Positions 10,901 to 22,681 of a DNA stretch of 64,000 nt are shown piece by piece. Origin of the DNA: Piromyces finnis finn. Its lineage: Eukaryota > Fungi > Neocallimastigomycota. The stretch's first letter is position 1; each line of letters opens with the position of its first letter. The position numbers and the translations under genes are program-made. The notes under the pieces are model-generated. The model was given only the letters and a program-made list of their open reading frames with translations. It had not been told where the DNA came from and did not search any database. The stretch spans positions 248,001 through 312,000 of the forward strand of contig MCFH01000012.1 of NCBI GenBank assembly GCA_002104945.1. Direction: 5' to 3'.

Positions 10901-12459
10901 CTGACTTTCAAAAAGAGGAAATTAAAGATGAAGAAACATTTTCATGCTTAACTATAAAAGAAATTAAGGAAAACTTATGTTGTATTGCAATCCAAGGAAA
11001 TCTTAAAGAAGAATTAACCAAAGAAGTTAAAGAAGATACAGAAATACAAGAATTAACAAAAATTCTACAAGGGAATTCTATTGCAAGCAGAAAGTATAAA
11101 AAGCTTATGAAGAACTTTAAATTAAATGAAGAAGGTATTCTTTTGTATAAAGGATTAATTTTCGTACCAACTAAAATGAGAGAAAACATAATTTCAATTC
11201 ATCATGATAATCCAGTTCATGGCCATTTTGGTATTATCAAAACCAAAGAATTAATAACAAGAAATTTCATTTGGTTAAACATGACTCAAGATATAGTAAA
11301 GTATATAGCTTCTTGCAAGACTTGTGGTGCAGCTAAAGACAATCGCCATAAACCTTATGGATTATTGCAACCTCTACCTACTCCTAGTAGACCTTGGTCC
11401 TCGGTATCGATGGATTTCATAACTGATTTACCAAGATCTCATCAGAAAACGGTTATAATGGTTGTGGTTGACAGACTAACAAAAATGGCTCACTTTATTC
11501 CATTCAGAATGATTCCAACTGCTCAAATTGCAGCAGATGTCTTCTTTAGAGAAATTTTCCGATTACATGGATTGCCAGACGAAATTATATCTGATAGAGG
11601 AACGCAATTCACTTCTGAATTTTGGCAACGTTTATGTTGCCTATTAAATATCAAACATAATGTTTCAAGTGCTCACCATCCACAATCCGATGGTCAAACT
11701 GAACGAGTTAATAGCATTCTAGAACAATTCTTAAGATGTTATATCAATAAAAGAAAAGACAACTGGATGAATCTCTTACCTTATGCGGAATTTGCATACA
11801 ATAATACACTACAACAATCGATTAACCAAACACCTTTCTTTGCTAACTATGGTCAAAATCCAAGATTTGATTTAGAAATTCCAGCTGATAGTGGTAATAG
11901 AAGTGCTAACCGTCACGCCTCTCAAATGCAAAACAACATTAAATTTTTAAAGAAAAATTTAGAAAAAGCTAAACAAAGATATAAGAAGTATGCCGATTGT
12001 ATTAGACTTATTGGACCTAAGTTAAAGGTTGGTGATTTAGTTTGGTTAAAGCGTCCTGATTTACTTCCTAAAGGACCTCCTAAATTAACTGATAAAAAAT
12101 TTGGACCTTTTGAAATCATCGAAAAGACTGGACCAGTTTCTTATAAGTTAAGATTACCTGAGTCTTTTAGATGTCATCCTGTTTTCCATATCTCGAATTT
12201 AGAACCTTTTGTAGTGAGAGTAAATAGTGATAATTTGCAACATTCTATCAAGATACCTAATATCGCTACTGATTCATCTGTAGAAAGAATTCCATTGAAA
12301 ATAGTTAGTGAAAAAATTGTCAATGGAATCAAGTATTATTTCATGGTTTGGAAAGATCATCTTCCTTCAGAAAGTTCTTGGCTTAGAGAAGATGAAATTG
12401 AGGACCCTCAAATGATTCAAGAATTTCTTAAACACAAGTCGCTCAGGGGCTCGACTTAA
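7975..12459 (+). CDS. Single-ORF Ty3/Gypsy Gag-Pol polyprotein with degenerate C-terminal chromodomain
   Basis: Uninterrupted ORF, first ATG at 7975. ALVDSGS; YIDDILI; VETDASDFAIG; HHDNPVHGH..CKTC; integrase core; YYFMVWKD...SSWLREDEI. The first Cys of the zinc knuckle reads Tyr (KYFICKSTGHLKKDC). Confidence 0.95.
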   Translation: MNGEYRYIDNCNGNGVAGISDDDSEASSMEIEHEDGEIVNARDNLIPRPPKFYGKRNELASFFAKLEKYFKYNLRQNATEAYKIDVLSCYLEGPAAEWYADLEKEESPLIKSYEDLKAAMQARYRTCTSSDVANRRLTKLNYKQFKSVMDYCDCFEKTSRDSSFDDEAKIHFFVEGLPPSVQEKTKLVYPKIRKLYDLINTVAANIEEDWRIYGKDPMNIDGERGRRYNRNLGKRLYQGNYGMKFNNYRDFHHEEKVQKTKKYFICKSTGHLKKDCPMLKDKLANRPKAFMIKENRKQHLLNVFDVVLHVNRGISLNALVDSGSDLEFMDWKTVNKYRIPIQRMMKDKFVEGLGGNGLLKYETIPLIMSIGNHKESIQFYITTLPSDVSLILGNKWLRKHDPIISFKNQKLEFKSEFCKTNCCATDEEINERIEQNKLKEEEDKRKRLELAEEIINNYKNSLVIRDSKLKNKENVLVIEKKKKKSCINKKCKTSKLNKILHQKYLVCCAITSDNDGTPEVPNEYKEFKNVFDEIECNELPPHRIYDCKIKLKDDNELFYGPLYPLTEEERETLKEYLKENLEKGFIRPSTSPAGAPVLFVRKKDGTLRLCVDYRRLNENTIRDSYPLPLISELFDRLREAKIFTKLDLKSAYNLVRINKGDEYKTAFRTRFGHFEYLVMPFGLKNAPATFQHFINDVLGEYLDEFAFSYIDDILIYSKDLEEHRTHVKKVLKKLQENGLYVKLSKCEFETNKTSFLGHIISDKGISMDPKKVEAIMNWPIPKTVKEVQSFLGLCNYYRRFIPNFAEIEKPLHNLTKKNVVFDWTIICNNAFEKLKQCFTEEPILVHADPELPYIVETDASDFAIGAVLSQRLNNKELHPICYFSRGLTKSEKNYPIYDKELLAVICALKEWRHYLEGAKHQFTVFTDHKNLTFPRKPELLSQRQIRWNLFLTRYDFKLQYRPGKEGGKPDSFSRRPDFQKEEIKDEETFSCLTIKEIKENLCCIAIQGNLKEELTKEVKEDTEIQELTKILQGNSIASRKYKKLMKNFKLNEEGILLYKGLIFVPTKMRENIISIHHDNPVHGHFGIIKTKELITRNFIWLNMTQDIVKYIASCKTCGAAKDNRHKPYGLLQPLPTPSRPWSSVSMDFITDLPRSHQKTVIMVVVDRLTKMAHFIPFRMIPTAQIAADVFFREIFRLHGLPDEIISDRGTQFTSEFWQRLCCLLNIKHNVSSAHHPQSDGQTERVNSILEQFLRCYINKRKDNWMNLLPYAEFAYNNTLQQSINQTPFFANYGQNPRFDLEIPADSGNRSANRHASQMQNNIKFLKKNLEKAKQRYKKYADCIRLIGPKLKVGDLVWLKRPDLLPKGPPKLTDKKFGPFEIIEKTGPVSYKLRLPESFRCHPVFHISNLEPFVVRVNSDNLQHSIKIPNIATDSSVERIPLKIVSEKIVNGIKYYFMVWKDHLPSESSWLREDEIEDPQMIQEFLKHKSLRGST

Positions 12460-13317
12460 GAAGAGGGGAATGTAAAATATTGTATTAGTTAAATGTATTA
12501 GTTAAATAATGTATTTAATACGTATGTAGAACAATGTATAATGTATTGAATTAATGTACCGTAAATTTTACAAAAATTTACATCACAATACATTAACATA
12601 AATTTATGTAAATTTAATTTTATGATAAGATAAAGTTTTGATGATAAAATAAAATTTTAAAATTAAATAATTTTTAACCAATAAATATTTGAGATAAGAA
12701 AAAATTTTTTTTTATAAACTAAGCCTCAAAATTAGAAATAAATAAATTAAATATATGTTTGAAATATAATCAACCATATAGTAAATAAATCAAAACTTTA
12801 TTTTAAGTTTAGAAAATTCTTTAGTAAATAAATTGAATTTAAATAGTTTAATACAAATAATTTCTTTTAATAAATGTATAAATGTAAACAATGTAAAATT
12901 ATAATATTAAAACATGTATATTAGAATTAATTCAATTTATTTAAAAAGTATAAATAAAGAAAATTTCTCAACTATTGAAACGATAGTTGGAAAATAGTAA
13001 TTAATTACAATTGTATAATTAGTATTAATAATATTAGATTATTAATAAAGTTTATAATAAAACATTTCTATTTAATTAAAAACTGATTACCTAGCGAAGG
13101 CTCTGGTTAAATAACCTTCGTGGTAAAGTAATCAGCAGTTGTCATAGTTTCAAGGATAAATTTATTATTTAAATAAATAAAAAAGTATTAAAAAATAAAT
13201 TGGAATTTTTTTTGTTTTGTATTGTTGTTTTGTTAGCACAGACCTAAATCCAATAATTTAATTTAAAGGTTAGATTTAAATTAAATATTTTACAAGGAGG
13301 GCCATGTAACGAATCAT

Positions 13318-13934
13318 TGTCAAAAAGCGATTTTTTATTAAAGAAAAGTGTGGTAAGCACACTAGTTATATTAATTAATAAATATAATACGCTTTCCTAT
13401 TGAAGGCGTAAAGCTAATAATATTTATATAAAGAAATTTAAATAATATTTTTATTTTAGCAATAACTTAATATCAGCATATATTAAGTTATTAAAAATAT
13501 TAAAATTTTTAAAGTTTTAGGTTTTATAGGAGTTTATAAATTTTATTAACTTTAAGTTAAAAAATTACTAACGCTAAAGCTTCGTAATTTTTGTCAATTT
13601 TTGTTCTTTTTATACATGAACAATTTTAATTATTACATTTTTTAATTTTAATTAATTATTGTCTAATTATAAAATATTTAATTTTTATAAATTAATAATT
13701 AATATAATTATTGTAAATAGTTAATAAATTTAAAATAAAATTTTTAATAATAAAATTTTAATAATTTTAAAAATTTAATAATTTCAAATATTAGAAATTT
13801 TATACTTTGAAATTTTTTAATAAAAATTTAAAAAATAAATTTTTTCAAATTTTCAAATTTTCAAATTTTAAAAAAATTTTTAATTTTTTCCATGTGTCCA
13901 AATTTTTTAAATTTTTATATATGTTATTGTGACA
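13318..13934. mobile_element. Solo LTR family A inserted into the 3' LTR of element 1
   Basis: TGTCA...TGACA termini. TSD ATCAT at 13313-13317 and 13935-13939. Homologous copies at 26260-26852 (inverted) and 30889-31486. Confidence 0.9.
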
Positions 13935-14534
13935 ATCATAGAAATAAAGAAATTGTCTTAGTGGTTAGTAAATAAGATTTTGGTCCGAATGTCTTGAGTT
14001 CGAGACTTCTAAATTACTTTTTTTATTTTTATTTTAATTTTTTTTATTTTAATTTTTTATCAACTCGAAATTCTTTGATTGGTTAAGAAATTTAAGTTGT
14101 AAAAAATCTTTTAGATTAATTTTAAAAATTTTTATATAAATACGAGTGGATTTTTCTAAATTTAAAAAAAAATTGAGTTTTTATTAATTAATAAATTATT
14201 GTTAAACACTAACCTATTAAGTTAAAATTTGTATGTTTTTAATAATAATTTTAAATATTAATAATTAACAGTAAGATAAAAGTGTTTTATATTTACTAAG
14301 TTATTTTAGTAAATTGTTATAAATTTTTTATTGTTAAGAACACATTTCTTTACATAAATATCTAATTTTTCTCTCTTGGATAATTAGTAACCATAATATA
14401 TAAATTTAATATAACTATATCTAATTTTTATGGATTATTAGGAACATCTTTTAAAATAAAATAATTCTATCACTATTTATACAAAATTATTATTTTAAAG
14501 TATAATTATAAACAAATATAAACTATTTAATTTA

Positions 14535-14565
<31 letters not shown>

Positions 14566-14639
14566 TTTACATTTATAATTCTTAATTTAATAATTTTATA
14601 CAAGTTAATTATTTTAATTTTCAACTATCAGTGTTTTAA

Positions 14640-14907
<268 letters not shown>

Positions 14908-15528
14908 AATTCATAATTTATAAATTTAATTATTTATCATGTGTGATAAGGAATAATGATATAATGTTTTTATTATTAAAATAGCTTAACCATTTATCAT
15001 TATTATCATATTTAAGTTAACTAAGTTTTTAATTAATAAATTAATATTATTTATCTAAGTGTAAATATTTTAATTAAATTTTATTTTTATTAAATTGAAC
15101 TAATATTATATTCTAAATTAAACTTATTTTTAAATTATTAAACTATATTATTTTATAAATTAAACAACTTATTAATTATTTTTATTGTTTAGTTATTAAA
15201 ATATCTTTTATTTATTAAGATTTTAATGTATTTTTTTGTTTATTTCCGAAATTAATAATTAAAAGTATTGATAATTGATATTAAACTTTAAATGTATAAA
15301 TTTATATAAAATAAAAAGAGAAGTTCTAATAAAAAAACGATATACCAGAAAAATAAAAATAAGTATTAAAATTCAAATATTTATTATTCCCTATTATTTA
15401 ACAGAACCTTACCATGTGTGATACAAGATGCCTAGAAAAATATAATATTTTAAATATTTTATGAATAATATCTAATCCTTTTATAAATTGTATATTAATT
15501 ACTAGTGTTAATAATAATTAAACTATAT

Positions 15529-16252
15529 TGTAAAGATATAAAGTATATCTTTAAATTATTTAATAATTAATTAATAATTATTGAATAATAATTTTGATAT
15601 TTTAATGAAAAATTGTTTATAAAATTTATTGTATAAATTTTATGGAATAATTAAATAAAAATTAATTTTAAAATATCAAAGTTACAAATGAAATTTGGAT
15701 AAATGTTTAAATTAATGGATAATTAAATTTAAATATTTTAAATATTCAAATTAAATCTTAAAAAGTTTTTATTTAATTAAAATTAGTTTAATAACTTTAG
15801 CGTAGTTTTAAATTAGCATTTTTTAATAGCAAATATATAATAAATAGTATTATTAATATTTAATTAATATATAGGTAATACATGGACTGTATTCAATTTA
15901 CAGTTTACTCAAATTGAATCAAAAGTGTATTTAATTAGTTTTAGTTTAGTTTTATTATTTTATTATTTAATTAAATTAGTATTAAATTAGTTTTGTTTAT
16001 TTTATATTGAATATATGTATAATTAAATAGAATAGTATATTAAAATATAATTTACGAAAAATATAAATGCATGTAAAATTTCTTGATTAAAACGATGTAA
16101 TTGTTATTGACTATTATTTAGTTAATAACTAAATAAAATTAATAAAAGAGATATTTTTAAATAGATTTTGTTTTTCTTGTTTCTTTTTATTTATTTCGCG
16201 TTTTATGTTTTATTGTAAAATTTTATAATCTGTTTTTTTATAAACTTTTACA
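15529..16252 (+). mobile_element. Solo LTR family D
   Basis: TGTAAAGAT...TTTTACA with TSD TATAT. Homologous to other copies in the window. Confidence 0.9.
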
Positions 16253-16919
16253 TATATTAGTATAAATTATTATAACGCAAATGTTACACATATATTAGAA
16301 TAATTAATTACACAAGAAATGAAAAGATATAAAAATAGTGAAAAAGAACAAGATATAAAAAAAGAGAAGGAATTTTTCATTTATAAATAATATTTGATAT
16401 TTTAGTTTTAAGTATAAGTTCTATTTTATTTTATTTTAGTTACAGTTTATTTTAGTTTAGTTTTAGGTCACTAATTACGTATTTAGTATTTATTATATTT
16501 AATTCAGTTTAAAATATTAATTATAAAAGAAAAGAATAATTATTGTTTATTTTTATTATTTCAAAAAGTTATATTTTATTATTAATAAGAATTTTATCAA
16601 CATATTTTTATATTTACATTTTATATTTAAGTATTTATATTTATTAAACAATAACTTTCGATTCTACTAGTATTGAATGTTATTAATGTTATAATAATAA
16701 TAATAATTAAATAAAGAAACTTTAAACCAAAATCTATTTAATTATATTATTATAAAATTTATTATTTTTAGTATTTGTTTTTATTATTTATTTTTATTAT
16801 TATAAAATAGAAATAAATACAATATTATCTAATATATTATTCAACTCTCATTCCCTTTGCTAACGTTCACAATTATATTTTATTTATGGTGTTTTTGAAA
16901 TATATTGCATCATAAAATT

Positions 16920-16936
16920 CGGTGGAGAATCCGGGC
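16920..16936 (+). promoter_or_regulatory. tRNA-Ala-type primer binding site of element 4
   Basis: CGGTGGAGAATCCGGGC resembles TGGTGGAGAATGCGGGC, the complement of a eukaryotic tRNA-Ala 3' end (recalled, not searched). It lies upstream of gag. Confidence 0.6.
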
Positions 16937-17173
16937 GTAGCAATATTGAATAATATGAAACAATAATAGTATTATTTCTATTCTAGCTATATTTTTTATT
17001 TTTATTTTATTATTTTTAATTAAAATAAACTCTTTTATATAAATAAAACTTTCTACTATAAAACTATTAAATACACAAATATTATTATATATATATTATA
17101 AAAAAAATTATTATAAAAAATAATAACATAAGAAATTATTATTAAAATTTAATAAAGTAAATAATAAAACAAG

Positions 17174-20100
17174 ATGGTGGATGCTTCCAAAGTTAAAAGA
17201 GATCTTCCCTACCTATGCGACTATGGAAAGGATATAGACTCATGGATGGAAGACTTCATAAGCGTAATGGAAATCCATGATATCCAAGAACCTGAAAGAA
17301 TCTTCGTATGGCTAAAAGTAGCAGTGGAAGCTGATATAAAGAATGTGTTAAAATCTCTTTGTACTACTCGTAATAATATTAAGCGATATCCTAATTATAG
17401 AGAAGTACAATCAGCTATAGAAGAGTATTTAGAAATTAAACCGGGTGATAAATGCTCTGTTTTAAAAATGTTAAAAATTAAAGGGAATGAAACTATCAAA
17501 AGTTTCAATTACAAATATCTAACTTAATTTCACCGTTTAGACAAGGATTTCCAAAAGATAATTTCTGTTGATGACTATTTATGTTCTATTAGGAAAAGAG
17601 TCTATCTACATTCTCAAGTTATTTTGGCTGAATGTGAAACGTTATCAGAAGCATTCAAAGTAGCCGAAAAAGCTGAAAAAGCTGAAAAAGCTGAACGAAG
17701 AACTATTGAAAATAATGAAGCTGGTAATATTTCTATGGTTTTTCAAAATGAAAGTTCTAATCGAAATATTTTATTGGACCATCCACTATATAAAGGATTA
17801 GTTAATAATGATTATAATAATAATAATTATAGTGGACTTTACTCAAATGCTAGACATGGAGTACCCCCGAGCCATTCAAATTTTGGAACCCAAAGAAATT
17901 ATGAAAATGTATATTTCAACAATAGTAATCTTAGGAGTATTAAATGTTACTATTGCAGACAAATGGGACATAAAGCTAGTAAATGTCCAAATAAAAGAGA
18001 AAGGAATAATAGAAATAATTTCAATCATTCTAATCAATTTAATAGTCAAAGAAATTCTTATAACAGATATGAAAATTCATATAATAGTTATGATAACAAT
18101 AATTACAACAATAGTTATTTAAATGGATTTAATACCAATAATAATAATAGCAGCCAAGATGTTAGCAGAGGATTTAATAAAAACAATTATATGGATTATT
18201 ATGATAAAAATAACTATGATAATAGGAATAATAATTATTATATGTACACTAGTAATAATTATAATGAAAATAACGGAAACAATTATAAAAAGGATAATTT
18301 TAATCCAGGTGAAAATTATAATAATGATGGAAGAAACAATATTAATAACTATAATAAATATAATAATAACATTGGAAACAATAACATCAGTCTCAATAAT
18401 TTTAACAATAATATTGGATACAATCGCAACGGTTTCAACAGTTATAATAATACATTTACTAATGTCAGTAATGTCAATGAAAGTAATATGAGGAATATCT
18501 TTAATGATAATAATAATAGGGACAATATTAATAATAATCATCCTAGTCAATTAAATAATCAATACTATAATAACATAAAGCTTCTGAAATATTCTTGGAC
18601 TCTTGTGCTAGTGTGAACCTAATTACTACCGCTGCGTTAAAAAAATTTAATATTTGTAAATTACCAGTTGGTAGAGTATCAGAAAAAATATTTCAAGTTT
18701 ATTCAAATAATTCCAGATTCTGATATTTATGAATTAAAAATTACCATTGGAAATTATTCATTTACTGATTATTTTAGAGAAGTTGAAAAGGATGATATCT
18801 TTGATGTTCTTATTGGTATTGCTACATTAAAAAGAAATAATTTTATTTTAAACTTAGTTGATGATTCTTTATTACATGTTAACAATGATAATGAATGTAT
18901 TAAATTAACACCTTTACTTTATGATGTAAATTTTAATAATTCAAATAATATTAATAAAGATGATAATAAAAACTATATAGAGTGCGAGTTGAATAAGTTT
19001 AATAATGTGTGTTCTAATAATAATGTCTCTGATAAAATTTCTAATTTAAGAGTTTCTGATTTTGTAGATAACTGTGAAAAAAATATATCTTATGTTCCTA
19101 ATAATATTACTACTAAAAATATTTATATATCTGATAATAATACTTTATTTGAAAATTCCTGTTCTAGTCCACTTCCTGTTTTTATATCAATTGTTAAAGA
19201 AGACACTACTTCTAATATTTCTAATAATGGTGATAATAATAAGAAGCAACTTATTATAAATGAAATAATAGATGAAATACCTATTTCTAGTAGGAATAAT
19301 ATAAAACAACTATTTTCTGAGTATAGCGATGTAGTGGCAATAAAGACAGATGATTTAGGTCATTCTAAATTAATGCCACATAGAATAAATTTAGTTCCTG
19401 GAACCCAACCTATTAAACAACGTGCTTATAGATTATCTAAAGTGCAAGCTGATGCATTAAAAAATGAATTAATTAAGCTTATTGATAATAAATTAATTGT
19501 TCCTTCTAGTTCGTCATGGTCATCTCCAGTAGTTTTAGTACCTAAGAAAAATAATCAAATAAGAATGTGTGTTGACTATAGAAAGGTTAATAATTGTACT
19601 ATAAAAGATGCATATTCACTTCCTTTGATTGATGATATTTTATACTATGTGGGTAATGCTACTATTTTATCTACTATTGATTTATTCTCTGGTTATCATC
19701 AAATACCTATGTATCCTGATGATAGAGACATAACTTGCTTCACTACCATATATGGTAATTTTAATTTCCAAGTTATGCCTTTTGGAATTTGTAATGCACC
19801 GGCCACTTTTCAACGTGAAATGAATCGTATATTTTTTGATTTAATTGGTGTATGTGTATTTGTTTATATAGATGATCTTGTTATTTATTCTAATTCATTG
19901 GAGCAACATTATGAAGACATTAAAAAGGTTTTTAAAATTCTACATAATAACGGTTTAAAAATTAATGTAGAGAAATGTCATTTTTTTAAAGAAGAAGTGG
20001 AACTACTTGGTCACACTCTTTCTACTAAAGGTATTAAACCTATTGATTCTAAAGTTCAAGTTATTATGAATTGGTTACCTCCGAAGAATATTAAACAACT

Positions 20101-21681
20101 ACGTTCATTTTTAGGTGCTATTGGTTATTATAGAAAGTTCATTTCTAACTTTGCTCAAATTGCTAAACCTCTATATGATTTAACTAAGAAGAATGTTATA
20201 TTTAAATGGGATGATATTTCTAATAATGCTTTTGAAGCACTTAAAAATAAATTAGTCATCGCACCTATTCTTACCCCTCCAGATTTCAGTAAACAATTTA
20301 TAATACGTACGGATGCATCTAAATCAGGAATAGGTGGTGTACTTATTCAATTAGATGATGACGGTTTTGAAAAACCTCTCTATTTTGAAAGCAGAACATT
20401 ATCTAATTCAGAATTAAATTATAGTATTACTGAACTTGAAGGGTTAGCTGCTTTTTACTGTGTGTGTAAATTTAAATCATTTATAACTGGCAACAACCTT
20501 GAAACACTTTTGTATACTGATCATAAACCCTTGGTCTATATTTTTAATAGCAAAGAACCCTCATCAAGTCGTCATGTTAAATGGATAACAGAGTTCAGCA
20601 TTTTGAAGGTTAAAGTCTTATATGAAGAGGGGAGGAAGAATGTTATAGCTGATTCTTTATCAAGACTTCAAAGTAAATCAGAAAATGAAAATAATATTAA
20701 TAATAATAATATAAATGATAAAATGGAAGAAAATATAATTAAAAATACGAAAGAAGAATGTTCATTATTTATAAATGATAATATAATATATAATAATAAT
20801 AATATAAATAATGATTTATTTAATAATATTAATATTCCAGATAATAAGCTTGGAATAAGAAAGGAAAATGAAGATAAAAATAAGAATTCAATGTCTTTAA
20901 ATAACACTAATGAAAATAAGATAAATGATGATATATTAATTAATGATAAAAATTACGTTAATAATTATAATATTAATTATGATAAAAATAACAAACTGAA
21001 TGATATGGTATTAATTGAAAATTATAATGATAATTGTAAAATAGATTTTGATTATATAAATAATGGAAATGATAATAATATAGGAAGTGATAATAATAGT
21101 GATATTTGTAAAGACAATAATAATGTTATGATAAATATTAATGAGAATAATAGCAAAAGAAATATGAATGATAATTATCTATATACAAATACAAATAATA
21201 ATAGAAGCATGCTAAACAATTTTATTGAAGATTTATAACTAAAAGATATGTATATATTGATGGAGTTCAATATTATAAACAAAATGATTTATTAAGAAAA
21301 GTTATTACAAATAGTGATGAAAAATGGAAACTAATTAATGAAGCTCATTCTATTGGTCATGAAGGAACATACAAGACATATCACAGACTAAAAAGAGATT
21401 ATTTTTGGAAAGGTATGACAAAGAATATTAAATTATTTATTAAATGTTGTCATAAATGTCAAACATGTAAACCACAACCATCTAATATGTATCCGGAAGA
21501 TTTAGCAACTCCTCCAGGTTTACCATTTAGTAGAGTTGGTCTAGATTTAATAGGTCCGTTATATACTACTGCTAGAGGAAATAAATATATAATTGTATTG
21601 TTAGATTATTTAACCAAATGGGTTGAAGCAGAACCCTTAATAAAAACTGAATCTGAGGATGTAATAAGATTCCTTACTAAT
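17174..21681 (+). pseudogene. Decayed Ty3/Gypsy element 4 gag-pol, integrase truncated by viral DNA
   Basis: Gag with CYYCRQMGHKASKC and an Asn-rich tail; frameshifted protease FLDSCASVN (~18590-18620); RT YIDDLVI; RNase H RTDASKSG; integrase AHSIGHEG..CHKC, VGLDLIGP, ending at EDVIRFLTN. Confidence 0.9.
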
Positions 21682-22519
21682 GGAACATGTCGATTACAGT
21701 AACTCTACGTTCCCATTGTGTTCTTGGTTCATCATCTACATTTCTGTAGATTCTGTTGAACTTTTGAACACTAGTAATAATTATACATAAATAATTATTT
21801 AACATTGAAGAACCTTTAATGTTCAACCAATGTTTATTATAATCAATAAAATTAATAAATTCAGATGGCTTCATGTGACTATCTCTAAAATCATCATAGA
21901 TAGCCACTTTAGCCTTATCTGAACAACCCAAATAAAAACCATTAACATACTTCACAAAATCAGTACCGGTGTCTAAAGCTTCTTCCCATTCCTCAGCTAA
22001 GTCCAAGGCCTTGTTGGTTTTTCCAATACCGGAAGGTCCTTGGATCCAAAAAACTTTAACGTTCTTTCTATAATCCCTAGCTTTGGTTACTGTATAACCC
22101 CTTTTAATATTTTTATAAGTGTTATACAGGATAGCTGGGATTTCATCAGGTTCTAAGGATTTTAAGTACCCAACTGTAAAGTCACCACCTTTAGTCAATG
22201 GTTCACCATGTTCTTCAATAAGTAGAGCGGTTACTCCTTCGTCTTTATGCTTTTGATCCTCGGCTTTGCAATAGGCGATATTCTGTTGAGCGCTTCCATA
22301 ATACTTCTCGAAATGAGCGCCATGTAACTTTCTAGTTGATAAGCGTTTACAATTTGTATATTGAACGAACACATGATAATGTTTTTGAGCTTGGCCCACG
22401 TGTTCAGTAACTAACAGATATTGTAAACCTGTTAATTTTTTTAAGTACTGAATAATATCAGCGTAATATTCCAAACTTGCTGGATTAATAGTTAAGATAA
22501 AATTTCTTCCGGTGCTCAT
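21682..22519 (-). pseudogene. rep: CRESS Rep copy 1, C-terminally truncated at the integration junction
   Basis: RCR motif I FILTIN, motif II HYH, motif III YCKAE; SF3 helicase GPSGIGKT, IYDDF, ITS. Ends at VIDMF where copy 2 continues. Confidence 0.93.
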
Positions 22520-22551
22520 AGTTAATTTTTTTAAAAAATTCAACATAATAA

Positions 22552-22582
22552 AGCTCTCCAGTATAGTATTACCTGGAGAGCT
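22552..22582 (+). other. Rolling-circle origin stem-loop 1
   Basis: 10-bp stem AGCTCTCCAG/CTGGAGAGCT with loop TATAGTATTAC; nonamer TAGTATTAC at 22564-22572. Confidence 0.95.
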
Positions 22583-22681
22583 AACGTTGAGTATTTATAT
22601 AAATTGAAAATTAATTAAACTTTAATTTACGGATTTACTATAAATAGCCGAACCACCCCTAAATTTTTTAAACCAATCAAA

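Larger units (their letters stand above)
6884..13294 (+). mobile_element. Intact full-length Ty3/Gypsy element 2
   Basis: 824-bp LTRs at 6884-7707 and 12471-13294, identical by eye, with termini TGTAAAATAT...ATATTTTACA. TSD AGGAG at 6879-6883 and 13295-13299. PPT AAGAAGAGGGGAA at ~12458-12470. Confidence 0.97.
589..14354 (+). mobile_element. Ty3/Gypsy chromovirus element 1, interrupted by nested element 2 and solo LTR-A
   Basis: Matching LTRs at 589-1012 and 13305-13317+13935-14354 (TGTAAC...TTTACA). Gag-pol with chromodomain at 2278-6633. Purine tract GAGGAGGG before the 3' LTR is split by element 2. Confidence 0.9.

Noticed and set aside
2533-12119. Short ORFs overlapping gag-pol on either strand
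   Set aside because: Shadow ORFs with no independent motifs.
17808-18550. Ile-rich ORFs (17808-18122, 18119-18550, 18123-18491) and similar ones at 56875-57595 and 58131-58451
   Set aside because: Alternative-frame or antisense shadows of AAT-rich gag sequence.
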